Shown piece by piece: positions 1 to 16,408 of a stretch of DNA of 64,000 bases. Made by a program: the position numbers and the translations under genes. Under the pieces are notes generated by a model. That model was not told the origin of the DNA, did not search any database, and saw only the letters and a program-made list of their open reading frames with translations. Location of the stretch: positions 8,773 through 72,772 of the forward strand of contig JAIELG010000020.1 of NCBI GenBank assembly GCA_019753155.1, written 5' to 3'. Source of the DNA: Burkholderiales bacterium. Lineage in GTDB: Bacteria; Pseudomonadota; Gammaproteobacteria; Burkholderiales; JABEVD01. Position 1 is the stretch's first letter. Each line of letters begins with the position of its first letter.

Positions 1-1
1 G

Positions 2-3252
<3,251 letters not shown>

Positions 3253-3256
<4 letters not shown>

Positions 3257-3281
3257 CATATCCCGCATAACACCATAAAAT
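3253..3281 (+). promoter_or_regulatory. sigma70-type promoter candidate for the str operon (TTGACA-17 nt-TAAAAT)
   Basis: TTGACA at 3253-3258 overlaps the rpoC stop. A 17-nt spacer separates it from TAAAAT at 3276-3281, read directly from the sequence. Confidence 0.45.
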
Positions 3282-3331
3282 CCACAATCTTTTTAGCCCC
3301 ATACCGGGCTGAACTAATGGTTGCTTTGATT

Positions 3332-3359
3332 GGGACGGCCGCGGCCGTCCCGGTTTTTT
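3332..3359 (+). terminator. Intrinsic terminator/attenuator hairpin between rpoC and rpsL
   Basis: Perfect 20-nt palindrome GGGACGGCCGCGGCCGTCCC (3332-3351) followed by GGTTTTTT. It ends 11 nt before the rpsL ATG. Confidence 0.7.
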
Positions 3360-3370
3360 AGGAATAGACG

Positions 3371-3745
3371 ATGCCAACGATAAACCAGCTAGTGCGCCAC
3401 CCCCGTAACGAGAAGCGCGTGAAGAGCAAGGTTCCAGCGCTCGAGAATTGCCCGCAAAAAAGGGGCGTATGCACCCGCGTGTATACGACGACCCCGAAGA
3501 AGCCGAACTCGGCGCTGCGTAAGGTTGCCCGTGTGCGCCTGACCAACGGATTCGAGGTGTCGAGCTACATCGGCGGCGAGGGCCACAACCTTCAGGAGCA
3601 TTCGGTTGTGCTGATTCGCGGCGGTCGTGTGAAGGATCTCCCGGGCGTTCGCTACCACATGGTGCGTGGCAGCCTGGATACGGCAGGCGTGAAGGATCGC
3701 AAGCAGTCTCGCTCCAAATACGGCGCGAAGCGTCCCAAGAAATAA
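3371..3745 (+). CDS. rpsL: 30S ribosomal protein S12
   Basis: 124 aa, MPTINQL... with the [10 protein letters not shown] motif. Conserved position before rpsG. Confidence 0.98.
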   Translation: MPTINQLVRHPRNEKRVKSKVPALENCPQKRGVCTRVYTTTPKKPNSALRKVARVRLTNGFEVSSYIGGEGHNLQEHSVVLIRGGRVKDLPGVRYHMVRGSLDTAGVKDRKQSRSKYGAKRPKK

Positions 3746-3770
3746 GCTTTAAATTTGAATCGGGGTAGAT

Positions 3771-4241
3771 ATGCCAAGACGTAGAGAAGTTCCAAAACGA
3801 TTGATTCTGCCGGACCCCAAGTTCGGAAGCCAGGATGTGGCCAAGTTCGTCAATGTGCTGATGCAGGACGGCAAGAAGTCGGTTGCAGAACGCATCATTT
3901 ATGGTGCGCTGGAACAGGTGTCGAAAAAGGGCGGCAAGGACCCCGTCGAGGTGTTTCTCCAGGCACTTTCCAACGTCAAGCCCGTCGTCGAGGTGAAGAG
4001 CCGTCGCGTGGGCGGAGCCAATTATCAGGTTCCTGTCGAAGTGCGCGCATCGCGCCGCACTGCGCTGGCCATGAGGTGGTTGCGCGAGTCCGCAAGAAAG
4101 CGCGGAGAGAAGTCTATGGGCGCAAGGCTTGCGGGAGAATTGCTGGATGCGGCTGAAGGCCGCGGCGGCGCAGTGAAAAAGCGCGAGGAAGTTCATCGCA
4201 TGGCGGAAGCGAACAAGGCGTTCTCGCATTTCAGGTTTTGA
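3771..4241 (+). CDS. rpsG: 30S ribosomal protein S7
   Basis: 156 aa, MPRRREV...ILPDPKFGS, typical of S7. Confidence 0.98.
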   Translation: MPRRREVPKRLILPDPKFGSQDVAKFVNVLMQDGKKSVAERIIYGALEQVSKKGGKDPVEVFLQALSNVKPVVEVKSRRVGGANYQVPVEVRASRRTALAMRWLRESARKRGEKSMGARLAGELLDAAEGRGGAVKKREEVHRMAEANKAFSHFRF

Positions 4242-4281
4242 TGTCCGGGCAAGTGTTCGGCGGATGATTTAAGGGTATATC

Positions 4282-6375
4282 GTGGCACGTAAAACACCAA
4301 TTGAGCGTTATCGTAATATCGGCATCAGCGCGCATATCGATGCCGGCAAGACGACGACCACAGAACGCATTCTGTATTACACCGGCGTATCCCACAAGAT
4401 CGGCGAGGTGCATGACGGCGCCGCGACCATGGATTGGATGGAGCAGGAACAGGAGCGTGGGATCACCATCACTTCCGCTGCGACGACCTGCTTCTGGAAG
4501 GGCATGGACGGAAAATACCCCGAGCACCACATCAACATCATCGATACCCCCGGTCACGTCGACTTCACCATCGAAGTCGAGCGCTCGATGCGCGTGCTCG
4601 ACGGCGCGTGCATGGTCTACTGTGCGGTGGGCGGCGTTCAGCCCCAGTCCGAGACGGTGTGGCGCCAGGCAAACAAGTATAAGGTGCCGCGGCTCGCGTT
4701 CGTCAACAAGATGGACCGCTCCGGCGCGAATTTCTTCAAGGTGTACGATCAGATGCGCGCCCGCCTCAAGGCGAATCCCGTGGCGATCCAGATCCCGATC
4801 GGCGCTGAAGACAAGTTCGAGGGCGTGGTCGATCTCATCACGATGAAGGCGATCTACTGGGATGAGGCGTCCCAGGGCATGAAATTCGAATTGCGCGACA
4901 TTCCCGCGGAACTCGTGGATACGGCCCGGGAATGGCGCGAAAAGATGGTTGAGTCGGCTGCGGAAGCATCCGAAGAGTTGATGGAGAAGTACCTCGAAGA
5001 AGGCGATCTGTCCGCCGGGGACATCAAGCAAGCCCTGAGGGCGCGCACGATCTCCAGCGAAATCGTTCCGATGATGTGCGGTTCCGCGTTCAAGAACAAG
5101 GGCGTGCAGGCGATGCTGGATGCCGTGATCGATTACCTGCCTGCTCCGACCGACATCGAGTCGATCAAGGGCGAGAACGAGGACGGTAGCATAGGCGAGC
5201 GCCACGCCAGCGACGAAGAGCCGTTCTCCGGTCTTGCGTTCAAGATCATGACCGATCCTTTCGTCGGCCAGTTGATATTTTTCCGCGTGTATTCCGGGGT
5301 GGTGAATTCCGGAGACACCGTGTACAACCCGGTCAAGGGCAGGAAGGAGCGCATCGGGCGGATTCTGCAGATGCACGCCAACCAGCGCGAGGAAATCAAG
5401 GAAGTGCATGCCGGCGACATCGCCGCAGCGGTGGGCCTCAAGGAGGCGACAACCGGGGATACGCTTTGCGATCCCGCGAAGGTCATCACCCTGGAACGCA
5501 TGATATTCCCCGAGCCCGTGATTCATGTTGCAGTCGAACCCAAGACCAAGAGCGATCAGGAAAAAATGGGCATTGCGCTCAACCGCCTGGCTCAGGAAGA
5601 TCCTTCCTTCCGCGTGAGGACGGACGAAGAATCGGGCCAGACCATCATTTCGGGAATGGGCGAATTGCACCTGGAAATTCTGGTCGACCGCATGAAGCGC
5701 GAATTCGGCGTCGAAGCGAACGTTGGCGCCCCGCAGGTGGCTTACCGCGAAGCGATCAAGAAGGCGGTCGAAGTCGAAGGCAAGTTCGTCAAGCAATCCG
5801 GCGGACGCGGTCAGTACGGTCATGTATGGCTCAAGATGGAGCCGAACGAGACCGGCAAGGGCTTCGAATTCGTCGACATGATCAAGGGCGGAACGGTGCC
5901 CCGCGAATACATCCCGGCGGTCGAAAAAGGCTTGCGCGATACGCTGCCGAACGGCGTTCTGGCCGGGTTCCCTGTAGTGGACGTGAAAGTGACCCTGTTC
6001 GACGGGTCCTACCACGATGTCGACTCGAATGAAAATGCGTTCAAGATGGCTGCGTCGATGGGCTTCAAGGACGGCATGAGGAAAGCGAATCCGGTCCTGC
6101 TCGAACCGATGATGTCGGTCGAGGTGGAAACGCCGGAAGACTATACCGGTACGGTGATGGGCGATCTTTCTTCCCGCCGCGGCATGGTGCAGGGCATGGA
6201 CGACATGCCTGGCGGCGGCAAGGTGGTCAAGGCCGAAGTGCCGCTTGCGGAAATGTTCGGTTATTCGACCGCATTGCGTTCCGCGACCCAGGGGCGCGCG
6301 ACCTATACCATGGAATTCAAGCATTACAGCGAAGCACCGAAGAATGTGGCGGAAGCCATCATCAACAAGAAGTGA
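4282..6375 (+). CDS. fusA: Elongation factor G
   Basis: 697 aa, GTG start, [10 protein letters not shown]1 motif and DTPGHVDF G3 motif. Confidence 0.98.
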   Translation: MARKTPIERYRNIGISAHIDAGKTTTTERILYYTGVSHKIGEVHDGAATMDWMEQEQERGITITSAATTCFWKGMDGKYPEHHINIIDTPGHVDFTIEVERSMRVLDGACMVYCAVGGVQPQSETVWRQANKYKVPRLAFVNKMDRSGANFFKVYDQMRARLKANPVAIQIPIGAEDKFEGVVDLITMKAIYWDEASQGMKFELRDIPAELVDTAREWREKMVESAAEASEELMEKYLEEGDLSAGDIKQALRARTISSEIVPMMCGSAFKNKGVQAMLDAVIDYLPAPTDIESIKGENEDGSIGERHASDEEPFSGLAFKIMTDPFVGQLIFFRVYSGVVNSGDTVYNPVKGRKERIGRILQMHANQREEIKEVHAGDIAAAVGLKEATTGDTLCDPAKVITLERMIFPEPVIHVAVEPKTKSDQEKMGIALNRLAQEDPSFRVRTDEESGQTIISGMGELHLEILVDRMKREFGVEANVGAPQVAYREAIKKAVEVEGKFVKQSGGRGQYGHVWLKMEPNETGKGFEFVDMIKGGTVPREYIPAVEKGLRDTLPNGVLAGFPVVDVKVTLFDGSYHDVDSNENAFKMAASMGFKDGMRKANPVLLEPMMSVEVETPEDYTGTVMGDLSSRRGMVQGMDDMPGGGKVVKAEVPLAEMFGYSTALRSATQGRATYTMEFKHYSEAPKNVAEAIINKK

Positions 6376-6424
6376 TGAGATTTTTTATTTGTTGAGCCCA
6401 AGGGCGTAACCAAAGGAAGCAATC

Positions 6425-7615
<1,191 letters not shown>

Positions 7616-7632
7616 GAACCGGACTACATATT

Positions 7633-7941
7633 ATGCAAAGCCAGAAAATACGGATCCGCCTCAAGGCGTTTGACTATCGACTGATCGACCAGTCCGCGCT
7701 GGAGATCGTCGAGACCGCCAAGCGCACGGGCGCGGTGGTCAAGGGGCCGGTGCCCCTGCCCACCAAGATCGAACGCTTCGATGTGCTGCGCTCGCCCCAT
7801 GTCAACAAGACATCGCGCGACCAGTACGAAATCAGGACGCACCTGAGACTGATGGATATCATCGATCCGACCGACAAGACGGTCGATGCGCTGATGAAGC
7901 TCGATCTGCCTGCGGGCGTGGATGTGGAAATCAAGCTGTAA
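7633..7941 (+). CDS. rpsJ: 30S ribosomal protein S10
   Basis: 102 aa, [14 protein letters not shown]. Confidence 0.98.
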   Translation: MQSQKIRIRLKAFDYRLIDQSALEIVETAKRTGAVVKGPVPLPTKIERFDVLRSPHVNKTSRDQYEIRTHLRLMDIIDPTDKTVDALMKLDLPAGVDVEIKL

Positions 7942-7949
7942 AAGGAATT

Positions 7950-7998
7950 CGGGGTGTATTCCCCGCGATATGCCGGTCAATCGTAACCGGCTGTTTTA
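7950..7998 (+). promoter_or_regulatory. Two hairpins in the rpsJ-rplC spacer, possibly an attenuator
   Basis: CGGGG-tgtatt-CCCCG at 7950-7965, then GCCGGT-caatcgta-ACCGGC at 7972-7991 followed by TGTTTTA. Confidence 0.3.
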
Positions 7999-8011
7999 AA
8001 GGATAATAATT

Positions 8012-8650
8012 ATGAGTTTAGGACTTGTCGGTCGCAAGATCGGCATGACCCGCATTTTCACCGAGGATGGCACCAGCCTTCCTGTGACTGTGCTCGACAT
8101 GTCGAACAATCGCGTCACCCAGATCAAAACCGATGTGACGGACGGCTACGATGCCGTTCAGCTTACATACGGCACCCGCCGCGCGAGCCGCGTGAGCAAG
8201 GCGATGGCCGGGCACTGCGCCAAGGCCGGAGTCGAATCCGGCTCGGTTTTCAGGGAATTTCGCCTGGAATCGCAGCCCACCTTCAATCCCGGAGAAGTCA
8301 TCTCCGTCGAGATTTTCTCGGTCGGTCAGATGGTCGATGTCACCGGAACGTCCAAGGGCAAGGGTTTTTGCGGCGCTATCAAGCGCCATAATTTCTCTTC
8401 GAACCGCGCGAGCCACGGCAATTCGCGTTCGCACAACAGCGCAGGTTCGATCGGCATGGCCCAGGATCCCGGTCGCGTTTTTCCCGGAAAGAAAATGGCG
8501 GGCCAGTACGGCAATGTGAAGAAAACCGTGCAGAATCTGGAAGTGCTCAGGGTCGATACCCAGCGCCAGTTGCTGCTTGTCAAGGGTGCGCTCCCAGGCT
8601 GGAATGGCGGCACGGTGATCGTGCGTCCAAGTGTTAAGGCAGGTGCATGA
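8012..8650 (+). CDS. rplC: 50S ribosomal protein L3
   Basis: 212 aa, [16 protein letters not shown]. Confidence 0.98.
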   Translation: MSLGLVGRKIGMTRIFTEDGTSLPVTVLDMSNNRVTQIKTDVTDGYDAVQLTYGTRRASRVSKAMAGHCAKAGVESGSVFREFRLESQPTFNPGEVISVEIFSVGQMVDVTGTSKGKGFCGAIKRHNFSSNRASHGNSRSHNSAGSIGMAQDPGRVFPGKKMAGQYGNVKKTVQNLEVLRVDTQRQLLLVKGALPGWNGGTVIVRPSVKAGA

Positions 8651-9267
8651 TGGAATTGAAACTGATAGACGAAAAAGGTGTGGCTTCCACCGTCGCCGCG
8701 TCGGATGCCCTCTTCGGGCGCGATTACAATGAAGCGCTGATTCACCAGGTCGTGACCGCTTACATGGCGAATGCCAGGAGTGCGAACAGCGCCCAGAAAG
8801 GGCGCTCGGAAGTGGCCAAGTCGACCAGGAAGCCTTTTCGCCAGAAAGGCACCGGCCGCGCCCGTGCAGGTATGGCGTCCAGCCCCTTGTGGCGCGGAGG
8901 CGGCAAGATTTTCCCGAACAGTCCGGATCAGAATTTCGGGCACAAGGTGAACCGGAAAATGTACCGTGCAGGCATCTGCGCGATCCTTTCCCAGCTGGTT
9001 CGTGAAGACAGGCTTTCGGTGATCGAAAGCCTGAATATGGAAACCCCGAAGACCAAGGAACTCGTTTCCAAGCTGAAAGGGATGGGGCTCGATCAGGTGC
9101 TGATCGTGACCGACGGTTTTGATGAAAACCTTTACCTTTCATCGCGCAACCTGCCGAATGTCTATGTCGTCGAAGCGCAATATGCCGATCCCGTCAGTCT
9201 CGTGCGTTACCCGTCCGTCCTGATGACCAGGGGTGCTGTGGCCAAGATTGAGGAGTTAATGGCATGA
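8647..9267 (+). CDS. rplD: 50S ribosomal protein L4
   Basis: 206 aa. ATGA overlap with rplC. Conserved order. Confidence 0.97.
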   Translation: MMELKLIDEKGVASTVAASDALFGRDYNEALIHQVVTAYMANARSANSAQKGRSEVAKSTRKPFRQKGTGRARAGMASSPLWRGGGKIFPNSPDQNFGHKVNRKMYRAGICAILSQLVREDRLSVIESLNMETPKTKELVSKLKGMGLDQVLIVTDGFDENLYLSSRNLPNVYVVEAQYADPVSLVRYPSVLMTRGAVAKIEELMA

Positions 9268-9572
9268 GTGAATTGAACAAGGAACGCCTGATGCAGGTGA
9301 TACTGGCTCCGGTGATTTCGGAGAAGAGCACCTATGTTGCGGACAAGCATGAGCAGGTGATTTTCAAGGTCGTGCCGAATGCGACCAAGATCGAAGTCAA
9401 ATCTGCGGTCGAACTGATGTTCAACGTCAAGGTCGATTCCGTGCAGATGCTGAACGTCAAGGGTAAGGTGAAGCGCTTCGGACGCTTCATGGGGAGCCGC
9501 AAGAATTGGAAGAAGGCTTATGTCTGCCTGAAGCCGGGGCAGGAGATCAACTTTGCGGCCGGCGAAAGCTGA
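9264..9572 (+). CDS. rplW: 50S ribosomal protein L23
   Basis: 102 aa. Overlaps the rplD stop. Conserved order. Confidence 0.97.
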   Translation: MSELNKERLMQVILAPVISEKSTYVADKHEQVIFKVVPNATKIEVKSAVELMFNVKVDSVQMLNVKGKVKRFGRFMGSRKNWKKAYVCLKPGQEINFAAGES

Positions 9573-9585
9573 TAAGGATTGAGAT

Positions 9586-10413
9586 ATGGCACTGATTAAA
9601 GTAAAACCGACTTCTCCCGGCCGCAGGGCCGTGATCCAGGTGAAGACGCCTGGGCTGCACAAGGGTGCACCCCATGCGCCGCTCATCGAGAAGCAATCCA
9701 AGAGCGCCGGCCGCAACAACAACGGTCATATCACGACGCGCCACATGGGCGGCGGGCACAAGCAGCATTACCGGATTGTCGACTTCAGAAGGAACAAGGA
9801 CGGGATCCCGGCGAATGTCGAGCGCCTCGAATATGATCCGAACAGGAGCGCGCATCTTGCACTCCTGTGTTATGCGGACGGCGAGCGTCGCTACATCATC
9901 GCGCCCAAGGGTCTCGCAGTGGGCGCGGTGTTGTTCAATGGCCCCGAAGCGCCGATCAAGCCGGGAAATTGTCTCGCCCTGAGACATATCCCTGTCGGAT
10001 CGACCATACACTGCGTAGAGATGCTCCCCGGCAAGGGCGCTCAACTTGCCCGTTCGGCAGGGACTTCCGTCCAGCTTCTGGCGAGAGAAGGCAGCTATGC
10101 CCAGTTGAGGTTGCGTTCCGGAGAAATCCGCAAGGTTCACGTCGATTGCAGAGCCACCCTGGGTGAAGTCGGAAACGAGGAGCATTCGCTGCGTTCCATC
10201 GGCAAGGCCGGCGCGAACCGCTGGAGAGGCATTCGTCCGACAGTGCGCGGCGTTGCGATGAACCCGGTCGATCACCCGCACGGCGGCGGCGAAGGCAAGA
10301 CTGCGGCCGGGCGCCATCCGGTCAGCCCATGGGGTACGCCTGCCAAGGGTTACCGTACCCGGAACAACAAGCGTACTGCGGGCATGATCGTCCGTAGTCG
10401 TCACAAGCGTTAA
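9586..10413 (+). CDS. rplB: 50S ribosomal protein L2
   Basis: 275 aa, [14 protein letters not shown] ... HPHGGGEG. Confidence 0.98.
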   Translation: MALIKVKPTSPGRRAVIQVKTPGLHKGAPHAPLIEKQSKSAGRNNNGHITTRHMGGGHKQHYRIVDFRRNKDGIPANVERLEYDPNRSAHLALLCYADGERRYIIAPKGLAVGAVLFNGPEAPIKPGNCLALRHIPVGSTIHCVEMLPGKGAQLARSAGTSVQLLAREGSYAQLRLRSGEIRKVHVDCRATLGEVGNEEHSLRSIGKAGANRWRGIRPTVRGVAMNPVDHPHGGGEGKTAAGRHPVSPWGTPAKGYRTRNNKRTAGMIVRSRHKR

Positions 10414-10422
10414 GAGGTAGAT

Positions 10423-10698
10423 ATGGCACGTTCCGTAAAAAAAGGTCCATTCGTGGATAGCCACCTGATCAAGAAGGTCGAAACCGTCAGGGCAACAAAC
10501 GACAAGCGTCCGATCAAGACCTGGTCGCGCCGTTCGACGGTTCTGCCGGACTTCGTCGGACTTACGATTGCAGTCCACAACGGCAAGCAGCATATTCCGG
10601 TCTACATTTCGGAGAATATGGTCGGCCACAAGCTTGGCGAGTTTTCGCTGACCCGCACGTTCAAGGGTCATGCCGCCGACAAGAAAGCCAAGAAATAG
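10423..10698 (+). CDS. rpsS: 30S ribosomal protein S19
   Basis: 91 aa, [12 protein letters not shown]. Confidence 0.98.
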   Translation: MARSVKKGPFVDSHLIKKVETVRATNDKRPIKTWSRRSTVLPDFVGLTIAVHNGKQHIPVYISENMVGHKLGEFSLTRTFKGHAADKKAKK

Positions 10699-10707
10699 GA
10701 GCCTGAT

Positions 10708-11037
10708 ATGAAAACTACTGCAATATTGCGTGGCGTAAGACTGTCTGCCCAGAAGGGCAGGCTGGTCGCCGATCAGATCAGGGGATTGCCTGTGGACAAG
10801 GCGCTCAACATCCTTGCTTTCAGCCCCAAGAAAGGTGCCGTGATCATCCGCAAGGTGCTGGAATCGGCAATAGCGAATGCCGAGCACAACGAGGGCGCCG
10901 ACATCGACGAACTGAGGGTCTCCGAGATCCTGGTCGACGAGGGCGCGACCCTGAAGCGGTTCACGGCCAGAGCCAAGGGGCGCGGCAACAGGATCAGCAA
11001 GCGTACCTGCCACATTCAGGTCACTGTCGGCATTTGA
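10708..11037 (+). CDS. rplV: 50S ribosomal protein L22
   Basis: 109 aa. Conserved order. Confidence 0.97.
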   Translation: MKTTAILRGVRLSAQKGRLVADQIRGLPVDKALNILAFSPKKGAVIIRKVLESAIANAEHNEGADIDELRVSEILVDEGATLKRFTARAKGRGNRISKRTCHIQVTVGI

Positions 11038-11059
11038 TGCCGTTTATAAAGGATAGATA

Positions 11060-11770
11060 ATGGGTCAGAAAATTCATCCGACAGGATTTCGGTTATCAGT
11101 GCTGAAAAACTGGTCGTCCAAGTGGTATGCCAACAGCAAGAAGTTTCCTGTCATGCTGCTCGAGGATATCAAGGTCAGGGAATTCCTCGCCAAGAAACTC
11201 GCTCATGCATCGGTCGGAAAGATCATCATCGAGCGCCCCGCCAAGAATGCGCGCATCACGATATACAGCTCGCGCCCCGGCATCGTGATCGGGAAGAAGG
11301 GCGAGGATATCGAGGTGCTGAAGGCGCAATTGCAAAAGATGATGGGCGTGCCGGTGCATATCAACATCGAGGAAATCAGGAAACCTGAGATCGACGCGAA
11401 GCTGATCGCCGACAGCATTGCCCAGCAACTGGAAAAGCGGATCATGTTCCGCCGCGCCATGAAGCGGGCCATGACGAATGCAATGCGTCTCGGTGCGCAG
11501 GGCATCAAGATTATGAGTTCGGGTCGCTTGAACGGCATCGAAATCGCCCGCCGCGAATGGTACAGGGAAGGGCGTGTGCCGCTGCATACCCTGCGCGCCG
11601 ACATCGACTACGGCGTTTCCGAGGCCAAGACCACTTATGGCATCATCGGCGTCAAGGTCTGGGTGTACAAGGGCGATGGCACGAACAGGGTTGAAGCGCC
11701 TGCCGCCCAGCCGACAGAGCCAGAGAAGAAGCCCAGGAAAACAGGAGTGAAAAATGCTGCAGCCGTCTAG
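11060..11770 (+). CDS. rpsC: 30S ribosomal protein S3
   Basis: 236 aa, [12 protein letters not shown]. Confidence 0.98.
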   Translation: MGQKIHPTGFRLSVLKNWSSKWYANSKKFPVMLLEDIKVREFLAKKLAHASVGKIIIERPAKNARITIYSSRPGIVIGKKGEDIEVLKAQLQKMMGVPVHINIEEIRKPEIDAKLIADSIAQQLEKRIMFRRAMKRAMTNAMRLGAQGIKIMSSGRLNGIEIARREWYREGRVPLHTLRADIDYGVSEAKTTYGIIGVKVWVYKGDGTNRVEAPAAQPTEPEKKPRKTGVKNAAAV

Positions 11771-12167
11771 AACGAAATTCCGCAAACAGCAAAAGGGCCG
11801 CAATACCGGCATCGCGACGCGAGGCAGCAAGGTCAGCTTTGGCGAGTTCGGATTGAAGGCTGTCGAGCGCGGCCGTCTGACTGCCCGCCAGATCGAGGCG
11901 GCGCGTCGCGCCATGACGCGCCATATCAAGCGGGGCGGTCGGATCTGGATCAGGATATTCCCTGACAAGCCGATTTCCAAGAAGCCTGCCGAAGTGCGTA
12001 TGGGTAACGGCAAGGGAAGTCCGGAGTACTGGGTTGCCGAGATCCAGCCGGGGAAGGTGTTGTACGAAATGGAAGGTGTGGATGAAGCGATCGCACGGGA
12101 GGCATTCAAGCTTGCCGCTGCCAAACTGCCGATTTCCACGACGTTTGTCATTCGTCAGGTAGGATAA
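11754..12167 (+). CDS. rplP: 50S ribosomal protein L16
   Basis: 137 aa, [16 protein letters not shown]. Overlaps the rpsC 3' end by 17 nt. Confidence 0.98.
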   Translation: MLQPSRTKFRKQQKGRNTGIATRGSKVSFGEFGLKAVERGRLTARQIEAARRAMTRHIKRGGRIWIRIFPDKPISKKPAEVRMGNGKGSPEYWVAEIQPGKVLYEMEGVDEAIAREAFKLAAAKLPISTTFVIRQVG

Positions 12168-12170
12168 GCC

Positions 12171-12365
12171 ATGGAAGCCAAGGAATTGAGAAAGAAGGAT
12201 CAGGACGGCTTGAAGGATGAGCTTCTGGATTTGCTGAAGGCGCAGTTCAGTCTGCGCATGCAGCTTTCGACCCAGCAGCTTGCCAATTATAGTCAAATGA
12301 AGAAAGTGCGCAGGGACATCGCGCGCGTTCGGACCGTCATCAGAGAGAAGGCCGTGCAGTCATGA
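12171..12365 (+). CDS. rpmC: 50S ribosomal protein L29
   Basis: 64 aa. Conserved order. Confidence 0.96.
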   Translation: MEAKELRKKDQDGLKDELLDLLKAQFSLRMQLSTQQLANYSQMKKVRRDIARVRTVIREKAVQS

Positions 12366-12628
12366 GTGAACTCAATACATTGAAGCGCACGCTGACAGGC
12401 GCCATAGTCAGCGACAAGATGGACAAGACGGTGACCGTGCTGGTCGAGCGCAGGGTGAAGCATCCGCTGTATGGCAAGATTATCACGCGCAGCAAGAAAT
12501 ACCATGCGCATGATGAGAACAACGAGTTCCATAACGGCGATATCGTCGTGATCGAGGAATGCCGCCCGCAGTCGAGGACGAAGTGCTGGCGCGTAGCCAG
12601 GCTCGTCGAAAAGGCGCGCACGGTTTAG
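12362..12628 (+). CDS. rpsQ: 30S ribosomal protein S17
   Basis: 88 aa. ATGA overlap with rpmC. Confidence 0.97.
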   Translation: MSELNTLKRTLTGAIVSDKMDKTVTVLVERRVKHPLYGKIITRSKKYHAHDENNEFHNGDIVVIEECRPQSRTKCWRVARLVEKARTV

Positions 12629-12631
12629 TCC

Positions 12632-12660
12632 TTGCAATGCTGGGGAAAAAGAGATATAAT
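12632..12660 (+). promoter_or_regulatory. spc operon promoter candidate (TTGCAA-17 nt-TATAAT)
   Basis: TTGCAA at 12632-12637, 17-nt spacer, TATAAT at 12655-12660. Sits in the 141-nt rpsQ-rplN gap and leaves a ~100-nt leader. Confidence 0.6.
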
Positions 12661-12769
12661 TTTCCTCTTTTGTGTTCAGCCAAAATGGCGACCTGACCCG
12701 GACGGGATCCAATACTGGTCGACTCAAACGGCCTTGCAGCCGTGGTCGGGATAAGTTGGAGTGTGAAAA

Positions 12770-13138
12770 ATGATACAAATGCAATCCAGGCTAGATGTGG
12801 CCGACAACACCGGTGCGCGTTCGGTGATGTGCATCAAGGTGGTGGGCGGTTCCAAGCGCCGTTATGCCGGAATCGGCGATATCATCAAGGTGAGCATCAA
12901 GGAAGCTGCTCCACGTGGGCGCGTCAAGAAGGGCGAAGTCTACAATGCGGTGGTGGTCAGGACTGCGAGCGGCGTGCGCCGCCAGGATGGTTCGTTGATC
13001 CGTTTCGATGGCAATGCCGCGGTGCTGCTCAACAACAAGTTCGAGCCGATCGGGACGCGTATTTTTGGCCCGGTGACCCGCGAACTCAGAACTGAAAAGT
13101 TCATGAAGATCGTATCTCTTGCACCAGAAGTGCTTTGA
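12770..13138 (+). CDS. rplN: 50S ribosomal protein L14
   Basis: 122 aa, [16 protein letters not shown]. Confidence 0.98.
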   Translation: MIQMQSRLDVADNTGARSVMCIKVVGGSKRRYAGIGDIIKVSIKEAAPRGRVKKGEVYNAVVVRTASGVRRQDGSLIRFDGNAAVLLNNKFEPIGTRIFGPVTRELRTEKFMKIVSLAPEVL

Positions 13139-13169
13139 GGCTGCCGTTCAGGCTTGAAGAGGAGAAGTT

Positions 13170-13487
13170 ATGCGCAAGATCAGGAAAAGTGATGACGTGG
13201 TTGTCATTACAGGCAAGGACAAGGGGAAACGCGGCGCGGTGCTGCGCGTTCTGGACGATGAGCATGTGCTCGTCACCGGCGTGAACCAGGTCAAGAAGCA
13301 TATGAAGCCCAATCCCGGCAAAGGGGATCAGGGTGGGATCGTGGAAAAGGAAATGCCTATCCATGTATCCAATATCGCGGTTTACAATCCTGCAACGAAA
13401 GCTGCTGACAGGGTTGGAATCAGGGTACTGGAAGACGGGCGCAAAGTCCGCTATTTCAAATCGAACGGCGAAGTGATCGGAGCATAA
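13170..13487 (+). CDS. rplX: 50S ribosomal protein L24
   Basis: 105 aa. Conserved order. Confidence 0.97.
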   Translation: MRKIRKSDDVVVITGKDKGKRGAVLRVLDDEHVLVTGVNQVKKHMKPNPGKGDQGGIVEKEMPIHVSNIAVYNPATKAADRVGIRVLEDGRKVRYFKSNGEVIGA

Positions 13488-13490
13488 GGC

Positions 13491-14030
13491 ATGGCTCGTT
13501 TAAAGGATTTTTACAAGGAAACGGTGGTTCAGCAGTTGACGAACCAGTTCGGCTACAAGTCCGTCATGGAAGTGCCGAGGATAGAGAAGATCACCTTGAA
13601 CATGGGTGTGGGAGAGGCCGTCGCCGACAAGAAGGTGATGGATTTCGCGGTGGGCGACATGCAGAAGATCGCGGGCCAGAAGCCGCTCGTCACCAAGTCG
13701 AAGAAGTCGATTGCGGGCTTCAAGATCCGCGAAAACTATCCTGTCGGATGCAAGGTCACCTTGCGCAACGTCAGGATGTATGAATTCCTGGACCGCCTGA
13801 TTTCCATCGCCATTCCGCGTATCCGCGATTTTCGCGGGATTTCCGCGAAATCCTTCGACGGGCGCGGCAATTACAACATGGGCGTCAAGGAACAGATCAT
13901 TTTTCCTGAAATCGAGTACGACAAGATTGACGCGTTGCGTGGCATGAATATCACGATTACCACGACCGCGAAAACAGACGAAGAGGCGCGCGCTTTGCTT
14001 GCTGCCTTCAAATTTCCATTCAAGAATTGA
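13491..14030 (+). CDS. rplE: 50S ribosomal protein L5
   Basis: 179 aa, MARLKDFYK. Confidence 0.98.
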   Translation: MARLKDFYKETVVQQLTNQFGYKSVMEVPRIEKITLNMGVGEAVADKKVMDFAVGDMQKIAGQKPLVTKSKKSIAGFKIRENYPVGCKVTLRNVRMYEFLDRLISIAIPRIRDFRGISAKSFDGRGNYNMGVKEQIIFPEIEYDKIDALRGMNITITTTAKTDEEARALLAAFKFPFKN

Positions 14031-14039
14031 GGAAGAGTC

Positions 14040-14345
14040 ATGGCCAAACTTGCTTTGATCAACCGTGAAAAGAAGCGCCGCGATATGGTTGCGAAGTATG
14101 CCGCCAAGCGCGCCGAGTTGAATTCGATCATCAACAACGTGAAGCTGGACGAGGATGAGCGCCATGCCGCCCGCCTTGCGCTTCAGGGGCTGCCGAGAAA
14201 CTCGAGTCCGGTCAGGCTGCGCAACCGTTGCGCGCTGACGGGCAGGGCTCGCGGGGTGTACAGCAAGTTCGGTTTGGGAAGAATCAAGCTGCGCGAGACG
14301 ATCATGCGCGGTGAAGTTCCAGGCGTGGTCAAGGCGAGCTGGTAG
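14040..14345 (+). CDS. rpsN: 30S ribosomal protein S14 (long form without a Cys cluster)
   Basis: 101 aa, [13 protein letters not shown]. Ends in KASW. Confidence 0.97.
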   Translation: MAKLALINREKKRRDMVAKYAAKRAELNSIINNVKLDEDERHAARLALQGLPRNSSPVRLRNRCALTGRARGVYSKFGLGRIKLRETIMRGEVPGVVKASW

Positions 14346-14358
14346 GAGAGAATACTAT

Positions 14359-14754
14359 ATGAGCATGAGTGATCCCATTTCCGATATGCTGACGCGCATC
14401 CGGAATGCACAAATGGCTGAAAAGCCTAACGTTTCCATGCCTTCTTCCAAGCTCAAGGTGTCAATCGCCAAGGTGCTGCTGGACGAGGGGTATATCGAAA
14501 CATTCAAGGTGGCGGGCAGCGAAGCCAAGCCTACACTGGAAATCGAGTTGAAATATTATGCCGGGCGTCCCGTCATCGAGAAGATCGAACGGGTCAGTCG
14601 GCCGGGACTGCGGTCCTACAAGGGCCATGCCGAATTACCCAGCGTGATGAACGGCCTGGGCGTTGCGATCGTATCCACCTCCAAGGGCGTGATGACGGAT
14701 CGCAAGGCTCGCGCCAATGGGGTCGGCGGCGAAGTGCTGTGCTTGGTTGCGTAA
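14359..14754 (+). CDS. rpsH: 30S ribosomal protein S8
   Basis: Internal ATG at 14359 of ORF 14311..14754 gives [17 protein letters not shown] (131 aa). The upstream part of the ORF overlaps rpsN. Confidence 0.96.
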   Translation: MSMSDPISDMLTRIRNAQMAEKPNVSMPSSKLKVSIAKVLLDEGYIETFKVAGSEAKPTLEIELKYYAGRPVIEKIERVSRPGLRSYKGHAELPSVMNGLGVAIVSTSKGVMTDRKARANGVGGEVLCLVA

Positions 14755-14765
14755 CGGGGTGACAG

Positions 14766-15299
14766 ATGTCTAGAGTGGCGAAAAATCCGGTCATCGTGCC
14801 GAAAAATGTTGAGGTGTCCCTGTCCGAGGGGAGCATCGCGGTAAAGGGGCCCATGGGTTCGCTTTCCCAGACCTACCCCGATTACGTGAGGATAGAGGCT
14901 GAGGGCGACTCGCTGTTATGCAAGGCTGCCAACGATAGCGCCAAGGCCGATGCGATGTCCGGCACCTTGCGCGCCCTGGTGGCCAACATGGTGAAGGGCG
15001 TGTCTTCCGGATTCGAGAAGAAGCTGACGCTGGTGGGCGTGGGATATCGTGCCCAGGCAGCAGGGGATACGCTGAATCTGACCCTGGGATTTTCGCACCC
15101 GGTGGCGCACAAGATGCCCGAGGGGGTGAAAGTCGAGACCCCGACCCAGACCGAAATTCTGATCAAGGGCGCGGACAGGCAGAAGGTCGGCCAGGTTGCC
15201 GCCGAGATTCGCGCTTATCGCAGCCCGGAACCTTACAAGGGCAAGGGCGTGCGTTATTCCGATGAGGTCGTGATCCTCAAGGAAACCAAGAAGAAGTAG
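14766..15299 (+). CDS. rplF: 50S ribosomal protein L6
   Basis: 177 aa, MSRVAKNPV. Confidence 0.98.
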   Translation: MSRVAKNPVIVPKNVEVSLSEGSIAVKGPMGSLSQTYPDYVRIEAEGDSLLCKAANDSAKADAMSGTLRALVANMVKGVSSGFEKKLTLVGVGYRAQAAGDTLNLTLGFSHPVAHKMPEGVKVETPTQTEILIKGADRQKVGQVAAEIRAYRSPEPYKGKGVRYSDEVVILKETKKK

Positions 15300-15324
15300 T
15301 CGTTTTAATTTTAAGGACTGGAAC

Positions 15325-15678
15325 ATGATCAACTTTGACGCGCGCCAGCGCAGAGCACGCAAAACCCGTGCCAAAATTGCTGAGCTAAGAGCGATCCGCT
15401 TGTCGATCCATAGGAGCAATAGTCATATTTATGCCCAGATCATCGATGCGAGCGGAGGCAAAGTGTTGGCCAGCGCATCATCGCTGGAACCTGAAGTTCG
15501 CAAGGAATTGAAAAGCGGCGGCAATGTCGCCGCAGCGGCAATGATCGGCAAAAGGATCGCCGAAAAGGCGAAGCAGGCGGGAATCGAAACGGTTGCCTTC
15601 GACCGTTCCGGATTTAAGTACCACGGACGTATCAAGGCGCTGGCGGATGCCGCGCGCGAGAACGGTCTCGTGTTTTGA
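15325..15678 (+). CDS. rplR: 50S ribosomal protein L18
   Basis: 117 aa. Conserved order. Confidence 0.97.
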   Translation: MINFDARQRRARKTRAKIAELRAIRLSIHRSNSHIYAQIIDASGGKVLASASSLEPEVRKELKSGGNVAAAAMIGKRIAEKAKQAGIETVAFDRSGFKYHGRIKALADAARENGLVF

Positions 15679-15691
15679 TCGGGGTTAGATA

Positions 15692-16216
15692 ATGGCAAAA
15701 ATGCAGGCTAAAGTGCAACAGGCTGAAGAGCGCTCTGACGGTCTCAGGGAGAAAATGATCAGCGTCAACCGCGTGACCAAAGTCGTCAAGGGTGGTCGTA
15801 TCCTCGGTTTCGCCGCGCTTACGGTGGTCGGCGACGGTGACGGAGCGGTCGGGATGGGCAAGGGCAAGTCGCGCGAAGTGCCGGTTGCGGTCCAGAAGGC
15901 GATGGACGAAGCGCGCCGCAAGATGATCAGGATCGATCTGAAGAACGGCACGCTGCATCATGCCGTGGTTGGACGTCACGGCGCTGCCAAGGTGTACATG
16001 CAGCCAGCCTCCGAAGGTACGGGGATCATTGCCGGCGGTCCGATGCGCGCGATTTTCGAAGTGATGGGCGTGACCAATATCCTTGCGAAATGCATCGGCT
16101 CCACCAACCCCTATAATATGGTCAGGGCGACGCTGAATGGCCTGCAGGCCATGAACTCTCCTTCCGAAATTGCCGCAAAGCGCGGCAAGAGCGTAGAAGA
16201 AATTCTGGGGCGATAA
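15692..16216 (+). CDS. rpsE: 30S ribosomal protein S5
   Basis: 174 aa, [12 protein letters not shown]. Confidence 0.98.
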   Translation: MAKMQAKVQQAEERSDGLREKMISVNRVTKVVKGGRILGFAALTVVGDGDGAVGMGKGKSREVPVAVQKAMDEARRKMIRIDLKNGTLHHAVVGRHGAAKVYMQPASEGTGIIAGGPMRAIFEVMGVTNILAKCIGSTNPYNMVRATLNGLQAMNSPSEIAAKRGKSVEEILGR

Positions 16217-16219
16217 ATC

Positions 16220-16408
16220 ATGACGAATGCGACTAAAAAAATCAGCGTTACGCTGGTCAAGAGCGTGATCGGAACCAAGGCGTCGCATCGCGATTGCGTG
16301 CGCGGACTCGGGTTGCGCCGTCTCAACCATACCGTGTCGGTCGACGATACCCCAGCAGTGCGGGGAATGATCAACAAGATCAGTTATTTAGTCAAGTGTG
16401 AGGCTTAA
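16220..16408 (+). CDS. rpmD: 50S ribosomal protein L30
   Basis: 62 aa. Conserved order. Confidence 0.96.
   Translation: MTNATKKISVTLVKSVIGTKASHRDCVRGLGLRRLNHTVSVDDTPAVRGMINKISYLVKCEA

Noticed and set aside
4231-6324. 697-aa minus-strand ORF exactly mirroring fusA. Similar long antisense ORFs occur at 941-2722 (rpoC), 6362-7390 (tuf), 9547-11013, 35475-36785, 41581-43947 (788 aa, glgP), 44961-46175, 53022-54266 and 59290-60237.
   Set aside because: These are codon-aligned mirror frames of well-supported genes. They stay open simply because the high-GC sense strand avoids TTA, CTA and TCA codons. Their translations are Arg/His/Gly-rich and low in complexity, with no recognisable motifs.
12661-12769. 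Possible ncRNA or small ORF in the unusually long rpsQ-rplN gap
   Set aside because: Best explained as the spc operon promoter plus its 5' leader. No independent terminator or ORF with an RBS was seen.
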